From contig NW_024704742.1 of the NCBI RefSeq assembly GCF_018977255.1, positions 47,308,001 through 47,372,000 of the forward strand: a stretch of 64,000 nt of DNA. Reading direction: 5' to 3'. Of the stretch, positions 1 to 12,382 are shown in pieces. Made by a program: the position numbers and the translations under genes. The notes beneath the pieces were generated by a model. That model was given only the letters and a program-made list of their open reading frames with translations, had not been told where the DNA came from and ran no database searches. This stretch comes from Callorhinchus milii (lineage: Eukaryota). Position 1 is the stretch's first letter. Each line of letters begins with the position of its first letter.

Positions 1-497
1 CTCTTAATTCCTTCCCTCACCTACTGGTTACTGTGTAGCTTCGGGAGCAGAATCATAAACAAAAATTGCCAAATCAGGTAAAGGGGCATGCTTCGTAGGA
101 AAATACACCAAGGCATTGTGTGGCATTGAGCAACGCAGATCTGGGACTTCTGTGTTTACTCCCTGGTGCACTGTTTGCTGATTTAAGATGGGCTAGTAAT
201 AACAGATCCTTGGAAAGACTGCATGATTTGCCCAATTAGATGAGCTAATTTCCAACTTGGTTTTTATATGAATGTTTGTGTCTTTTCAAACGATGTTTCC
301 CCATCGGCACATGCCTCTTTGATCCTGGTCTGATCTGCTTTTTTGGCCAGCAAAGTGAGCACTTTCTCCTTAGAGTGATGCACCCCACTTATCAAATTCT
401 GGAGAGAAGTTTGGTACACATTGGTAAGAGTCAGCGCTTGGGGATTTCGGAGCGTGCACTCCAAGTGTTTAACCTCTAAACAAATGCTCGCTTACAG

Positions 498-608
498 AAA
501 ATGAAGCCAAAAAATGAACAAGAAGAAAACGAGCTAGTTCTATCGATGCTGAGACAGCTGTATGAGGAGCAACAGAAACTGCACAACCACAATGGAGATG
601 CAAAGCAG
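498..608 (+). CDS. TBC1D1: TBC1D1 exon KMKPKNEQEENELVLSMLRQLYEEQQKLHNHNGDAKQ (phase 0-0)
   Basis: cttacag acceptor, gtcaaa donor (weak), 111 nt; similar to mammalian KLRPRNEQRENELIISFLRCLYEEKQKEH. Confidence 0.92.
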
Positions 609-2515
609 GTCAAAAAATGCTCCTTGCATTCGATTATTGCTTTGTACAAATATATTGTCTTTTTTTGTGGTGGAATTGTTCTAAAATGAAAAATAGCAGT
701 ATTATTTGTGTAGTGTAACACATTTGATCAATTCTTTCATTTATTACAGCATGATGTTCATTACATAATGTTTGACATAAGCTGCTGAGGATTCATAGGG
801 GGTTTAATTTGTGGTTTGCATAAACAACCCAGAGACAACATTGTCAGGTGGCTATTGAAGCTGATTCAATAGAATTGTTTAAAAGGGGAACCATTCTATT
901 GTTCCCCATATTTCTTAATGTAAAAACATTCAGGGATGTGGAGAAAAGCTGCAAGGTGGGATTTATAAGAAAGGTCACCTCAGAGACACCCACTAAAGTG
1001 GTCAACTTGCTAATGTGGACGTTTTTTCCAATCACTTCCATTTGCACATTATAGTTAGAGTTTCTGATTTTCAGGGTTAATTGTTTTAGAAATATTCGGA
1101 CCATCTATGTAGATGTCCAAAAATGGGTGTTTTTCATGGATTTTGCTTTTAAGCTTTGCATCCTTGTTATTGAACCCCTGGTTTAGCATTTAATACATGT
1201 AACATTCCCTGGCACTAGACCTATATTATTTACAACACTTTTACCATTCTAAATTTATATGCTAACACCAGATTGCACCAATGCCCCTATAAATTCATCC
1301 AGAACATCAATCCCCTAATTTCTTTTTCTTTTAAGCCTTTCCATAGTTTCATTATATAACAACTGATTTGTAGCACTAGAGGCACTTGGTTCTGAAGGTG
1401 TATTTTTCAGGTGTATATGGGTTACTCAACCAGAATTACAGAACTGCAGATGTTCGCTAATTCTGGTAGAAGTTGTTCCTGCCACAATATGTATTGTAAG
1501 TCTACAGTACCTTCTATAGAAATGCAGGAATTTGCCACCACTCAAGCCAAGGATCAGGGACGTCGCAGGAAAGGGATGAGAAATCAACTTGAATTGAGGA
1601 ACTACTTCTAGGGTTCATTGGACACGTACAGATTTCATTTTTTTTGTATAAGGAGTATTTAATGGGGGTTATTGGTTAAAACTGAATCAGAAGCCCTATT
1701 TATAGTATATTGTATCGTAATAGAAACTCCTTTAGGCCGCCACCTCACGTCCTGTTCAGTTGGTCACTGATCGATGTTCCTAACTGCTATTCATCAATGG
1801 AGAGGTCGGCCAGAGTGTGTGCAGCACCTTCATGATGTGTAATCAAAATAGCAAACCGCACTGAAGTATTTTAGGACTATTCCCCCTGGATGAGGCACTG
1901 TATTAGTGGATCATGCAGCAGCATGAGTTGCTTCCATGAACGTGGGAGGAAAAAGAAAACAACCCAATTCTGATTTGAAACTGCAGATATTTCAGGCCTC
2001 TGAAGGAGTAATGCAAGTGCAAATGGTTTCAATAGTTTATTTAAGCACTAATGCACAGGACATATGGGTATGATGGAAATAAACACATGTATGTGTTGTA
2101 CTGTTTGTATCTTTAAGTCATCACTCACTAATGTGGTCAAAATGGCTTAGTGCATTTACTGACCTTATTTGTGAATTTCCAGTATCATTTAAATTTTTTA
2201 GAAGCAATTTAGACAAACAATTAAGAGTGGCACAGATTCCACGGGATGCCTTCTGTGCAGAACATTTTCTCACAATGCATTCTGTAAATTAGAAACCAGT
2301 GATTCTAATTTCTCTGCAGCTTAGATCGAGCCTCCTGTAATGAACATCATGCTGTATTGAGTGAAAGAATTTGTCAGGAAAAGGCATTTGGCTAAAATTT
2401 GTAGTATTCCTCAGCATATTTAAGAAATACTGCAAATGTTACCCCATTGTGACTCTTCAACTGTGTCCTGTTTTTGCCTGCCATCAAAGTTATGCTTTTT
2501 TGTTTTCCTATTTAG

Positions 2516-2653
2516 ACTTCTCAAAATCCGACTCAGAATTCAACCCTGAATGAACAACAGAGTCTTTCTCTCTCTGGCCGCTTTAGATTGGACCATTTTA
2601 AAATCAGAGCTAAAAAATCCTTCACTGAATCGCTGGAGAATATTTTATCAAGG
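2516..2653 (+). CDS. TBC1D1: TBC1D1 exon TSQNPTQ...GRFRLDHFKIRAKKSFTESLENILSR (phase 0-0)
   Basis: ttttcctatttag acceptor, gtgagt donor, 138 nt; resembles the KAKRSLTESLESILSR motif. Confidence 0.93.
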
Positions 2654-2681
2654 GTGAGTATTCGTTTCTCTCTGACAACCT

Positions 2682-2974
2682 GGAGTCCTGTAGCTCAGTG
2701 GTTAGAACACTCGCCTTGCAAGCAAGACACCTGAGTTCAATTCCAGGCAGGGACAAACCTTGGGCAAGTTTCCTTACTCCAAAAAAAAAACCAATAATAA
2801 ATTGGTCATTTTCAGTCCATGACTGTTTGTGGGACACTGCTGTGCACAATTGGCTGCCGCATTTCGCCCACAAATATACGGTCAATTCACTTTACAGTCT
2901 GTTCTGTGAAGCGCTTTGAGACGTCAAGAAGATGTGAAAAGCGCTATATCAAATGCAAGGATTATTATATTATA
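2682..2974 (+). mobile_element. tRNA-derived SINE (short subfamily, Deu-like body, L2-type tail)
   Basis: Head ggagtcctgtagctcagtggttag...gagttcaattcc with Pol III A/B boxes; (ATT)n end; many copies in the window. Confidence 0.9.
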
Positions 2975-3647
2975 ACTTACTCACTGTATTGGTGTCAATC
3001 TAGGAGTCGAATAAATTATCCTTGCATTTGATATTGGGCCTTTCACCCACAAAATATACAGTCAATTCATTTTACAAAATATTCTGTGACGCTCTTTGAG
3101 ACATCTGAACGACGTGATGAAGCACAATATCAAATGCAAGGAATGTTATTTCATGTCAGGAGGTGGTCTCAAAGAGCATCATAGGCTTTAATGCAAGGTC
3201 AGTGACGACCTTTGTCGGCGAACATGACAGCCAATTTATACACAGGAATGTCTCGCATATAGACAAGATCAGGAGTGTCTCTTATAGGAGCCAGTTCAGC
3301 TTACTGAATTTATAGTTGAAAGCAGAATCCCTCTGTAAGCTCTTTAAATATCCATGGACCACTTTAAGAAAAAGTGAATAGTGCCATCTGTCTAAATCTA
3401 CATCATCAGCAACTCTTGCAAATATAACATTAAAATGCGTTGAACTCATTTGGAAAACAAAAAAAGATTCTGTTATGAAGGAGTGATATATCAGGAATTG
3501 GGGCTCATTGTGTTGATCCAGTTATGCACTTGTTAGTGTCCTTAGTAACCTCAAACACATACACACAGGCGTCAATTTTATTGAAAGCCTTCAATATTAG
3601 CAGTAGAGGTGACAGCTGTTTTCTCCCATATTTTGACACATTGGAAC

Positions 3648-4003
3648 AATAATAATAATCCTGCACTTGATATACACCTTATCACTTCTTTGAGTTGCCT
3701 AGAAGCGCTTTACAGAATATACTGTAAAGTGAATTGGCTGTATATTTTGTGGGCGAAACACAGCAGCAAATTGTGCACAGCAGTGTCCCACAAACAATCG
3801 TGGATTGAATGACTTTTTTTTGAAGGAATTATTACCCCGGAAAAGCGAACCGCCAATCGACTGACAACCGGGTTCCTACTTACTGCTAGGTAAACTGAGG
3901 TATGTAGAGTAAGGAAACTTGTCCAACATTTCACCCTGCCGGGAATCAAACCAGGTCTCTCACTTGCAAGGCAAGTGCTCTAACCACTGAGCTACAGGAC
4001 TCC
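3648..4003 (-). mobile_element. tRNA-derived SINE (long subfamily with extra internal segment)
   Basis: Same head and tail reversed, plus the internal block ctcagtttacctagcagtaagtaggaacccgg. Confidence 0.88.
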
Positions 4004-4125
4004 ACACGCTACTCCTCAGAGGGCGCACATTTTAGAAAGATAAAATAGCGAATGCAATTTTCTCCAAGTATTTTTGGAACACCAGGTTTCCTGTGAGTAA
4101 CTTTCTAATCTTTTTTGTGCTGCAG

Positions 4126-4230
4126 GGAGGGTCTAAATTCAAGACCCATTGGAGCGCAGAGAGTTCAGACTTGGAAGAAATCTCTTTTAATAAAACCTCT
4201 TTGAGCCTCTCAAGTTCAAACTTTTTCAAG
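4126..4230 (+). CDS. TBC1D1: TBC1D1 exon GGSKFKTHWSAESSDLEEISFNKTSLSLSSSNFFK (phase 0-0)
   Basis: ttttttgtgctgcag acceptor, AAG|gtgagt donor, 105 nt open frame; divergent Ser-rich linker at the expected position. Confidence 0.8.
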
Positions 4231-4749
4231 GTGAGTCAACTACCAGCGCTTGCTGTAAATGTAATCTAGAAAATATGGCTTTCCCTGTAATATCTGTACA
4301 CCTGTCCTGGCTTTCCAATGTGGGTTTGCAGGTGATTATGAAATGTAGGTTTTTGCATTAAGGAAATTGTACTTTTTCGAATGCAATCTAGTCCACTATC
4401 ACATATGATTTCATATGTTGCTGTGTTTACACTATAGAATTCTAGGAGGGATATAGTCTGGCTCTAGAATGGAGTTTTTGTATAATTAATGGGTATGGGT
4501 TTCATAACTGTATGACAGCTACATTGTGACAAATTTGGTTATTAGTAATCGCACAGAATCCAAGTCAAGTCTCCCTTTCAATAAGCAGATGTAAGTTACG
4601 CTGGCCTGGGGGCAACTTCACTGTGGAAGTAAATCCCATTGGAGCAGAGAATCCTGCATGTTCACAGTGTGATATACGTCCGAGTACCAGAAAGGATTTT
4701 TTTGTTACTCCTATTACAAATCGTCAATTTTAATTTATACTAAATAATA

Positions 4750-5130
4750 AAAAATAATCCTTGCATTTGATATAGAGCGCTTCACATCGGGAAGTCATCT
4801 CAACATGCTCAAAATGTCAAGACTGTAATTTTTAGGTGAAAGTGGCAGCCAATATTTGAATGACTATGTCTTACAAATGGGCATGAAGTGAGAGATCATT
4901 TTATTTAGGGATTTGATGGTCAGGAAACCAAAAAAAACTTCCTTCTCTTTTCGAGTATAGGATCTCTAACATCTGAATAGGTGGTCGGGATCTCTTCTTG
5001 TCCAAAGGACTACACCTCTAGCACTGCATTGAAGTGTCAGCCTGGACTGTGAGTTCAGAATCCCAATTTGGGGCTTAAACCCACAACCTTCTGACTCTAA
5101 AGTGTGAGTGTTGGCAACTGAGCCAAGCTG
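4750..5130 (-). mobile_element. Old Deu-type SINE (SacSINE1/AmnSINE1-like), degenerate
   Basis: Reverse of gagtcagaaggttgtgggttt head and tail; similar decayed copies near 15190-15540(-), 16200-16497(-), 19970-20230(+), 24325-24750(+), 34880-35190(+), 37475-37748(+), 40880-41200(+), 52670-53060(-). Confidence 0.7.
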
Positions 5131-5249
5131 ATTACGGTGTAAAATCAGCTCTGTGCTGGAGAAAAGCATGTACATGGGGAGGAACCCATTGAATGTTCTG
5201 CAAAGCTGAATTGGATATTAAATCTCATTGTTCCTGTTCTTTCATATAG

Positions 5250-5506
5250 GCTGCATCTCCGGATGAAAGCGATGTCCTGCCACCTCCAATGAGCCCTCTG
5301 AAGTCTCATGGTTCCACTGGGGATCTGCTGAAAGCCCTGGACAAGAGCGATGAATTGACTCCATTACCATTCAGGCGGCGAGCCAGTACTTTCAGTTACA
5401 TGCCCTCCAGTGTTGAACAGCAACAACACTCCCAGGAAGAAACCCCGTCTTATCCAAAGCCCAAATTAATGAGGCATCACTCAGTGAGCACAGACACTCC
5501 GCAAAG
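5250..5506 (+). CDS. TBC1D1: TBC1D1 exon AASPDES...FRRRASTFS...KLMRHHSVSTDTPQ (phase 0-2), Akt-site region
   Basis: ttctttcatatag acceptor, gtaaga donor; RRRASTF corresponds to the mammalian RRRANTL Akt site. Confidence 0.93.
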
Positions 5507-6665
5507 GTAAGATCCTTGAATGTTTCAGAGCAGCAAAATATTGTAGGTTCATAATCCACATAATGTTTTTTATTGAGATCTTGCATGTGGCGTCAATGTT
5601 ACTTATGGAAGTGAGTCCCCTTGCCAAAGAGGTCTTTTCTATTATTTATAGATAAATGATACAACAAAGAGCCTGTAGCCATTCCGTCAGTTTACTATCC
5701 CAGTGTTAGAGAGAGGGAAAAACTATAGTAGAGCCTTGTTACAACGGAGGGTCAGGTATAATGCCAATGCCCTGTGGACCCATGGCTTACCTCCCACATG
5801 CTATCCAATCGTTGCCAACATTTCCAGTGCACTGCACTGCATGTGTAAAATGTGCGAAAAGTGATGGCAGCAATCAGAAGGCTTGAAAGTTGCCCATTTT
5901 CAGCACCCAGCAAGCTGGCTGGCTTTCTGTCACATGTGCAGTGTCGCCACTCGTTGTGTGACTGTGAGTTGGAATTACTGACAAGCAATCTTGCTCTGTT
6001 TTGAGGCTGGTTGGGATTTTACAGCCCGTCCTCAACTATTATGCTCTAATGGGGTTCTGCTGTGTTAGGAATAACTTGATAGAGTTGGGAATTTTCAGCA
6101 CTGAAAAGAGGTGTCTGAGGGACCTATTATATGAGGTATGTGTGGTGCTAAATCGGAAGTGAAAATTAACCCCAAACTGTCTGATATGCTAAGGCAGCAG
6201 GACAAGAGGGCCAAGATGCAGTGTTGCAAATGACAATATTGGGACGTGCACTTCATTACACACATTTCATTACACACAGGATAATTAACAGTTGCAATAG
6301 GTTTTAAGACAGGGTCCTAGGGAACCAGTGTACATATCCCATATAATGCTATAATGGCAAATTGTTCGATATTCTGGAAGGAGAAGGTCAAATAAGCCAA
6401 AAGACTTTCAACCAGGCTTCTCTTCTAAATTGATAGGTTTAAATCTCCAGCGATTTTGGTTTCGCCGAAACATTTCTTGTCTCCACGCAGACCTCTTGTT
6501 TTCTGCCAGCTGCATTAGTTCATTTTGCATAATCAACTTATTCTGCATTAAATTTCCCATTCTAGTTTTCCCAAATGGCATTGTGGGTGTAGATATTTAT
6601 GACGTGTCGGTTTATTTCTGTTTCATGGGCTTTTGTCTTTCTCTCCTGCTTTGCTGGATGCATAG

Positions 6666-6824
6666 CCTGAATGCATCGAGGGGTGGCACTAATGGCAAGC
6701 CACCACATCCTGTGTTGCACAGACCTTTAGCCTACCTGAGGTCTTCTACATCTACTCCCAATTTTTTTAAGTATTTAAAGGCTAGCTCCAGTGGAAGGGA
6801 GAGTGGGCGGATTCTAAAGAGAAG
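6666..6824 (+). CDS. TBC1D1: TBC1D1 cassette exon A (muscle long-isoform type): SLNASRGG...LRSSTSTPNFFKYLKASSSGRESGRILKR (phase 2-2)
   Basis: Pyrimidine tract then gcatag acceptor, gtgaga donor, 159 nt frame-preserving; PNFFKYLK motif as recalled from the mammalian long isoform. Confidence 0.87.
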
Positions 6825-6862
6825 GTGAGATGCTCTGTCTCAAGCAATCCTTGGATACGGAG

Positions 6863-7007
6863 GCATGAGTTGAACATTCCTGTTTGCATGCTGTCGTGCT
6901 TGTCATGATATCTTTAGAGATGTTTTTGTGCTGTATGGCATGCCCCTTGTGATGTACCACAAGATTAATTCAGTAGAACAATAAGTCACATTGCTGTTTC
7001 AGGCATG
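6863..7007 (+). promoter_or_regulatory. Cluster of RBFOX-type (U)GCAUG intronic splicing elements downstream of cassette exon A
   Basis: GCATG at 6863, TGCATG at 6885, GCATG at 6938 and 7003, plus several TGCT (MBNL-type YGCY) within 190 nt of the donor. Confidence 0.6.
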
Positions 7008-7678
7008 CTCGTAATTCTGGATAAGTAAATTTAAGCACTCATCTATCTTGGTGTTCAGTGTTGGCTTGGATTTTGTCCCGTTGTTTATTAATAAAACGTT
7101 TAATGTTGACAGGTAGAACTGAATGCCCTAAAATAGTTGTTTCCCCATAGTTTGCAATTACGTCTCTTCTCTAGTTTTTGTTTTGTTAAAACCCATAGTT
7201 CAGGAGATTTCACTTCGCTTCTCCTCCACCCAATTTCTTTTTCCTTCATTTTTAAAGTTCTCATTTAATGAGTGGTTGTTGCCAAAACAACAGACTCAGA
7301 CCACCACACAGGCATAGATTGTTCTCTTCTGGGCAAAGGTTTTCTGCATTAAATAAGGTTGCTCTCTGGTTCTTTGTGAGTAAAGGCTCCCAAACCGCCC
7401 ACAGCTTTCCACAAAAACGCAATTTCAATCCCTCAATAAATTTTTGATTAGTACACAGGGTGGGGGGGAGAGGAAGGAAATTCACCCTCTTGCAGTCAAG
7501 CAGTCCTCCTCTGAGTTTGGGACTTAAGCACATTGTTGGTGGGTTGTTGAAGGAGCATTGCTCTCAGTCTGGCTTTACTCTATTTGATTGATCCTGGGTG
7601 CCCAGAGTAGAACTTGTTCAATTCCCCAGAATTTGAATAAGATACTTATTTGCCCCCAAGGATAACACAATCTTAAGA

Positions 7679-8016
7679 CTTAACCCCCTACCATCATGCC
7701 CGCTCCCTCCACTCAGCGAGCTCCGGCTTGCTTTAAGTGCCCCGCCTCACCTGCCACAATATTGGCGGGCGGGCCTTCAGCCACTCTGCCCCACCCTCTG
7801 GAACTCCATCCCGCAGTCCCTCTGCCTCGCCCCCTCTCTTGCCTCCTTCAAGACCCACCTCTTCACCGATGCTTTCGATCATCCTCCTTCCCCCACCTGC
7901 CCTCCACCCTCCCCAATCCCGACCCCCAGCTCGGGTCTGAAACACTGTTTGTCCAGCGCCTTGGGACGTCCTCCCGACGTAAAAGGCGCTAAACAAATGT
8001 CATTTTGTTGTTGTTG
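7679..8016 (+). mobile_element. L2 LINE 3' fragment
   Basis: IGGRAFSHSAP-like coding remnant, C-rich 3' UTR, stem-loop tail and (TTG)n. Confidence 0.85.
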
Positions 8017-9438
8017 ATCTTAAGAAGTTGAAGTACATTGTTGCTATCTTTCTTTGTGAGAGTTATTTTGTTGCAACATATCAGTCTAGAATTCAAATTT
8101 TAATCGATCAGTGTGTTGTCTGAATCTTTGTAAGTTCCTGATCAGTTACACCATGAATATTTGCTTGCATTAACATGAACTCTTTCTGTTCTCCTTAACA
8201 TTTCTTAGCAAAATAACATGCCTTTTCTATCTTTTGTATCAGAAAAGAATCTACTGGAGAACCAATTTACTTGAGATAACAGCAAAAAGAATGTGGTTCT
8301 TTTTCCTATTATAATAATTATTATTCTTGCATTTAATATAGTGATTTTCATGTCTTCGAGACGTCTCAAAGCGCTTCACAGAACAGACTGTAAAGTGAAT
8401 TGACTGTATATTTGTGGGCAAAACGCGGCAACTAATTGCGCACAGCAATGTCCCACAAACAGACATGGATTGAGTGATCAATCAGGCAGGTCATTCCTGT
8501 GCCAGTCTGGTTAACATGCCTGTTTGGTCCTGTGAAAAATGTATGGGATCTCACCAATTGTCCACTGACTAATTCACAACTGAGGATGGCAAGCTCTGTT
8601 TGGCAAACTTGTGGCCTGCTTCGCATACCTCCCACTCCAACCCACCATCAGCAGCTGAGCCTTCAGCCACTGCACCTCAACCCCATACAACTCCCTCCCT
8701 AAATCCCTCTGCCTTTTTCTACCCCTTCCCGCTATCTGTCTTTAAAAACCTATCTACAGTCACCACCCTCCCTACTCTGTAAACGCTTTGAGATGTTCTC
8801 TATATGGAAGGCACTGTATAATTTTTTTACCCACAAAATACACAGTCGCTGCACTTTTACATTAAATCCTATGAAGCGCTTTGAGACATTTCCATTAGCT
8901 ATATTGAATGCAAAGATTATCATTAAAAGCAAGTTACTGTTGTAGCAGAAACACTTAATCTTCCGAGACCTAGTGCTGAGGTGAATTCCAATATTGGTTG
9001 TGCCTGCTGTGCATCCCTCCCCCTCCGCCCCCACGCTCAGCAGCAGAGCCTCCAGCCACTGCTCCCCTACCTCAAGCAGCTCATAAGTAATATGTATAGA
9101 AAACAAAAAGTTCAGAATTTAGTTTTTGAGTTTGAACTAGTAATGTCACTCAAGACAATTTATATGATGATAAATAATTATCTGTACATTTAGCACATAT
9201 CCTGTTGGATATCTTAAAGCGCTTTACAGGATGCAGTGTAAAGTGTAGTGATTGTATTTTGGAGCCAGTCCTTTTGTTGAAACGGTTAACAAAGTACCTC
9301 AACTCAATAAATATTTTGTGTAATATTTTGCTAAGGGATGTTCTGTAAATTTCTGATTCTCAATGCTTTTGCAAACTGCAGATACTATTCTTAAATAAAT
9401 TCTCTGCACCATGTTTTTCTTTCCGACCCTATGCTCAG

Positions 9439-9543
9439 TGCCTCTCATCTTACTGGCCTCCGAGCAAGGCTTCCATCTTCCTCTTCTCCGTCAAACTTTC
9501 TGAAATTTCTGGTTCCTGTAGTTGAGAATCACAGCGCCAGAAG
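9439..9543 (+). CDS. TBC1D1: TBC1D1 cassette exon B (muscle long-isoform type): SASHLTGLRARLPSSSSPSNFLKFLVPVVENHSAR (phase 2-2)
   Basis: atgctcag acceptor after a T/C tract, gtagga donor, 105 nt; resembles mammalian LHSSSSVPNFLKFLAPVDEN. Confidence 0.87.
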
Positions 9544-9974
9544 GTAGGAATAATGCGCTACTGGCTTACGTCATTATTGAGCAGAACTATCACTTAAATT
9601 CTCTGCTTGTATCATTATTCTTTTTGGCTGTGTTAAAAAGAGTTTCTGCTTGTGGGTCAGACAGCAGGGTAATGCTGACTGAGTTTGGTTGGTGTCATGA
9701 GAAGAGGCACAAACACTCTGTTCTGTTTGGAGGCTTTGGCCAGTTTCAAGCCAATCGACCAATCTACAGTTAACACAGCACACGTGATCTGAACCTGTGC
9801 CTTCATAGGAAGAAGTCTAATACTTGTGGCTTATGAATGGCTGTGATGTTTTTGAGATATCAACATACTACGTAAAAGCCACTAATTGCACCTAATAAAT
9901 TAACTGCCGAGTGCCAATTTAGAAAAATTTGGCAGAAAATCTTAATTCAGTTACAGCTTCAAGTATTGGGAAAG

Positions 9975-10510
9975 AGGAACAGGAGGAGGCCGATCAAGCC
10001 TGTTCAACCAGTTGTTACATCTTGGTAGATCTTTAACCCAGTGTCCAACCCTGTCACCATAACCCTCTATACTTCTACTACCCAAGTACCCAACAACCCT
10101 TTGTGAAGAAATACTTCCTGACCTCAGTTCTAACTGTCTTGGCTCTAATTTTAAGGCATCCTTGTCATGGATGCTGACACCAAGGGCAAGAGTTGTCCAC
10201 TATCTAACCTGTTGATTGCTTTCATTATTATAAATATCTTGATAAAATCACCCCTTATCCTCCTCTAAGGAATATAAGCTGCCTACCAAGCCTGTCATCA
10301 TGGCTAAGCTCCCCTCTCGACTCTCTACCCCCTCCTCGCTCCCTCCCTTCCCTCCCCCTGACCATTTCCCCCCTGCTCGGGTCCTGACCCAACTGTACAG
10401 CGCCTTGGGACGTCCTCCCGACGTGAAAGGCGCTCAATAAATGGAATCTTGTTGTTGTTGTTGTAAGCCCCTTCAGCCCAGGAAATAGTATAGTGAACAT
10501 CATTGAACAC
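9975..10510 (-). mobile_element. Decayed CR1 3' fragment interrupted by a short + strand L2 tail (10310-10463)
   Basis: CR1-like tgtgaagaaatacttcctgacctcagttctaa; the L2 tail is flanked by taagc at 10305 and 10464. Confidence 0.7.
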
Positions 10511-10799
10511 TGCTCAGGGCAAGTATATCTTTCCTAAGATTGAGAACCAACTACTGAACACAGTACTGTACTTCAAACAAGATCAGAACAACGCTTCACA
10601 TCACCACAGAAGAACTTCCTTAGTTTTATATTCCAGGCCTTTTGTAATAAATGCAGCATCCCATTGCCTTATTGTTTGCTTTCTGTACTTGTAAATTAGA
10701 TTTTAATGATCTATGGATTTGAGCCCTAGCATCACTTGTTGTCAAGGTTATTACAGTATTGTATTTTAGGTGACCATTTGGTTATTTTCTTAACTGCAG

Positions 10800-10945
10800 T
10801 GATTATGAATCCAGGCCAACCCCAGGCAGAGGAAGAAACTGTGATGGAAATGTGCCCCGTGTCCGTCGACATTCCTGGCGTCAGCAAATCTTTCTGCGGG
10901 TGGCTTCACCTCAGAAAGGGTGTGAGTCATCCTGCCGGTATGATG
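10800..10945 (+). CDS. TBC1D1: TBC1D1 exon DYESRPTP...RRHSWRQQIFLRVASPQKGCESSCRYD (phase 2-1)
   Basis: ttaactgcag acceptor, gtaaga donor, conserved SWRQQIFLRVA motif. Confidence 0.95.
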
Positions 10946-12075
10946 GTAAGAGACAAGTTAGCACTTGAGTACAATATCACATGTTCACTTTGGTCCCATT
11001 AAAGTCTTTTATACTTTTTATTATTGGCTTATCCCTTAATGTTTTATAGGAATCCATTGATAAACTACTAACTGAATAGTTCCAAAAGAGCAATGGGATC
11101 TTATTTTACAAGATTCCCAAAATATCATATACTGCTCTTATTTGATATGTCTAAGACTGATTGAATCTCTGCTGAGACCCTATTGCCACCTGGGAGAATT
11201 GTTTGGCCTCGATCCAACTGCACAAAATCGCATTTTGCATTTCCAGCCTAATTTCCTATAAAATATCAATTTGAATTACTATCCATGTTGTTCTTTGGAA
11301 GTGGGTTATGAGAGGTGATAACATGAGAGGTCATCACAACTAACTGGAAATGGTGCTGCACACCAATATTTTACTTACACATGAACTATACTGAAACGCT
11401 TGACATCAGCAGCACTTCCTGTGCGTAGTGCACAGGGATTAATGGTGGCGACTTCATCACCACATCTTTTTATAAGCGTGTGAAGATGGCTTGATGGGGA
11501 AGCTTGCAGGAGGTGACAGCACAGTGGCCAGTTTGGCTTTGTGAGCAGTTATAACACGGTTTGGTTTTATGGACATGAAACAATGTGTAATAATTGAGTC
11601 CTATTGTAAAGTATGTGCTTGAGAGCAATCGTGAATTTCAGTTATCTGAGGAACCATTTCGACCAGGTTTCTGTATGCCACAATAATAATTCCTATCAAA
11701 AGCTGAATGTACCAATGCTGTACTGTATTCACTAGAAATGTAAACTGGTATCACATTTTCTACAGAAATTTTATTACTGATCTGATTTTTGGGGGCAATA
11801 TTAAACTCCCTAGTGGTAGGACAGATGCGTGTGTGCGCATCGAGTAACTTGATTAGAATGAGGCTTTTTTATACACATCCCTCGCTTGTGTTCAAATCCT
11901 CGACTGTCCAGCGTCTTGTGAAGTTCTCCTGATATCATATGATATGAAAATGTCATTTGTTGTATGTGACTAAGAAAATCTAAAATTTATGATTTAGGAG
12001 CTCTTCTACTCGTAACCTCTTGATGGCAGTAGAGTTTTATCCTTCAGTTTGTGGAGATTGCTGTAATACCACTGT

Positions 12076-12382
12076 GGAGTCTTGTAACTCAGTAGTTAGA
12101 GCACTCGCCTCGCAAGCAAGAGACTTGAGTTCAATTCCCAGCAGGGCAAACTCTTGGGCAAGTTTCCTTACTCCGCATGCTTGATAATAATCCTTCAAGA
12201 AAAAAAACAATAAATTGGTCACTTCAATCCACAACTGTTTTTGGGACACTGCTGTGCACAATTGGCTGCCACGTTTCACCCACAACTATACAGTCAATTT
12301 ACTGTATGATATATTCTGTGAAGTGCTTTGAAATGTCTAGAAGACATGAAAAGCGTTATATCAGATGCAAAGATTCTTATTA
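12076..12382 (+). mobile_element. tRNA-derived SINE (short subfamily, older copy)
   Basis: Head ggagtcttgtaactcagtagttag, Deu-like body, tail. Confidence 0.88.
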
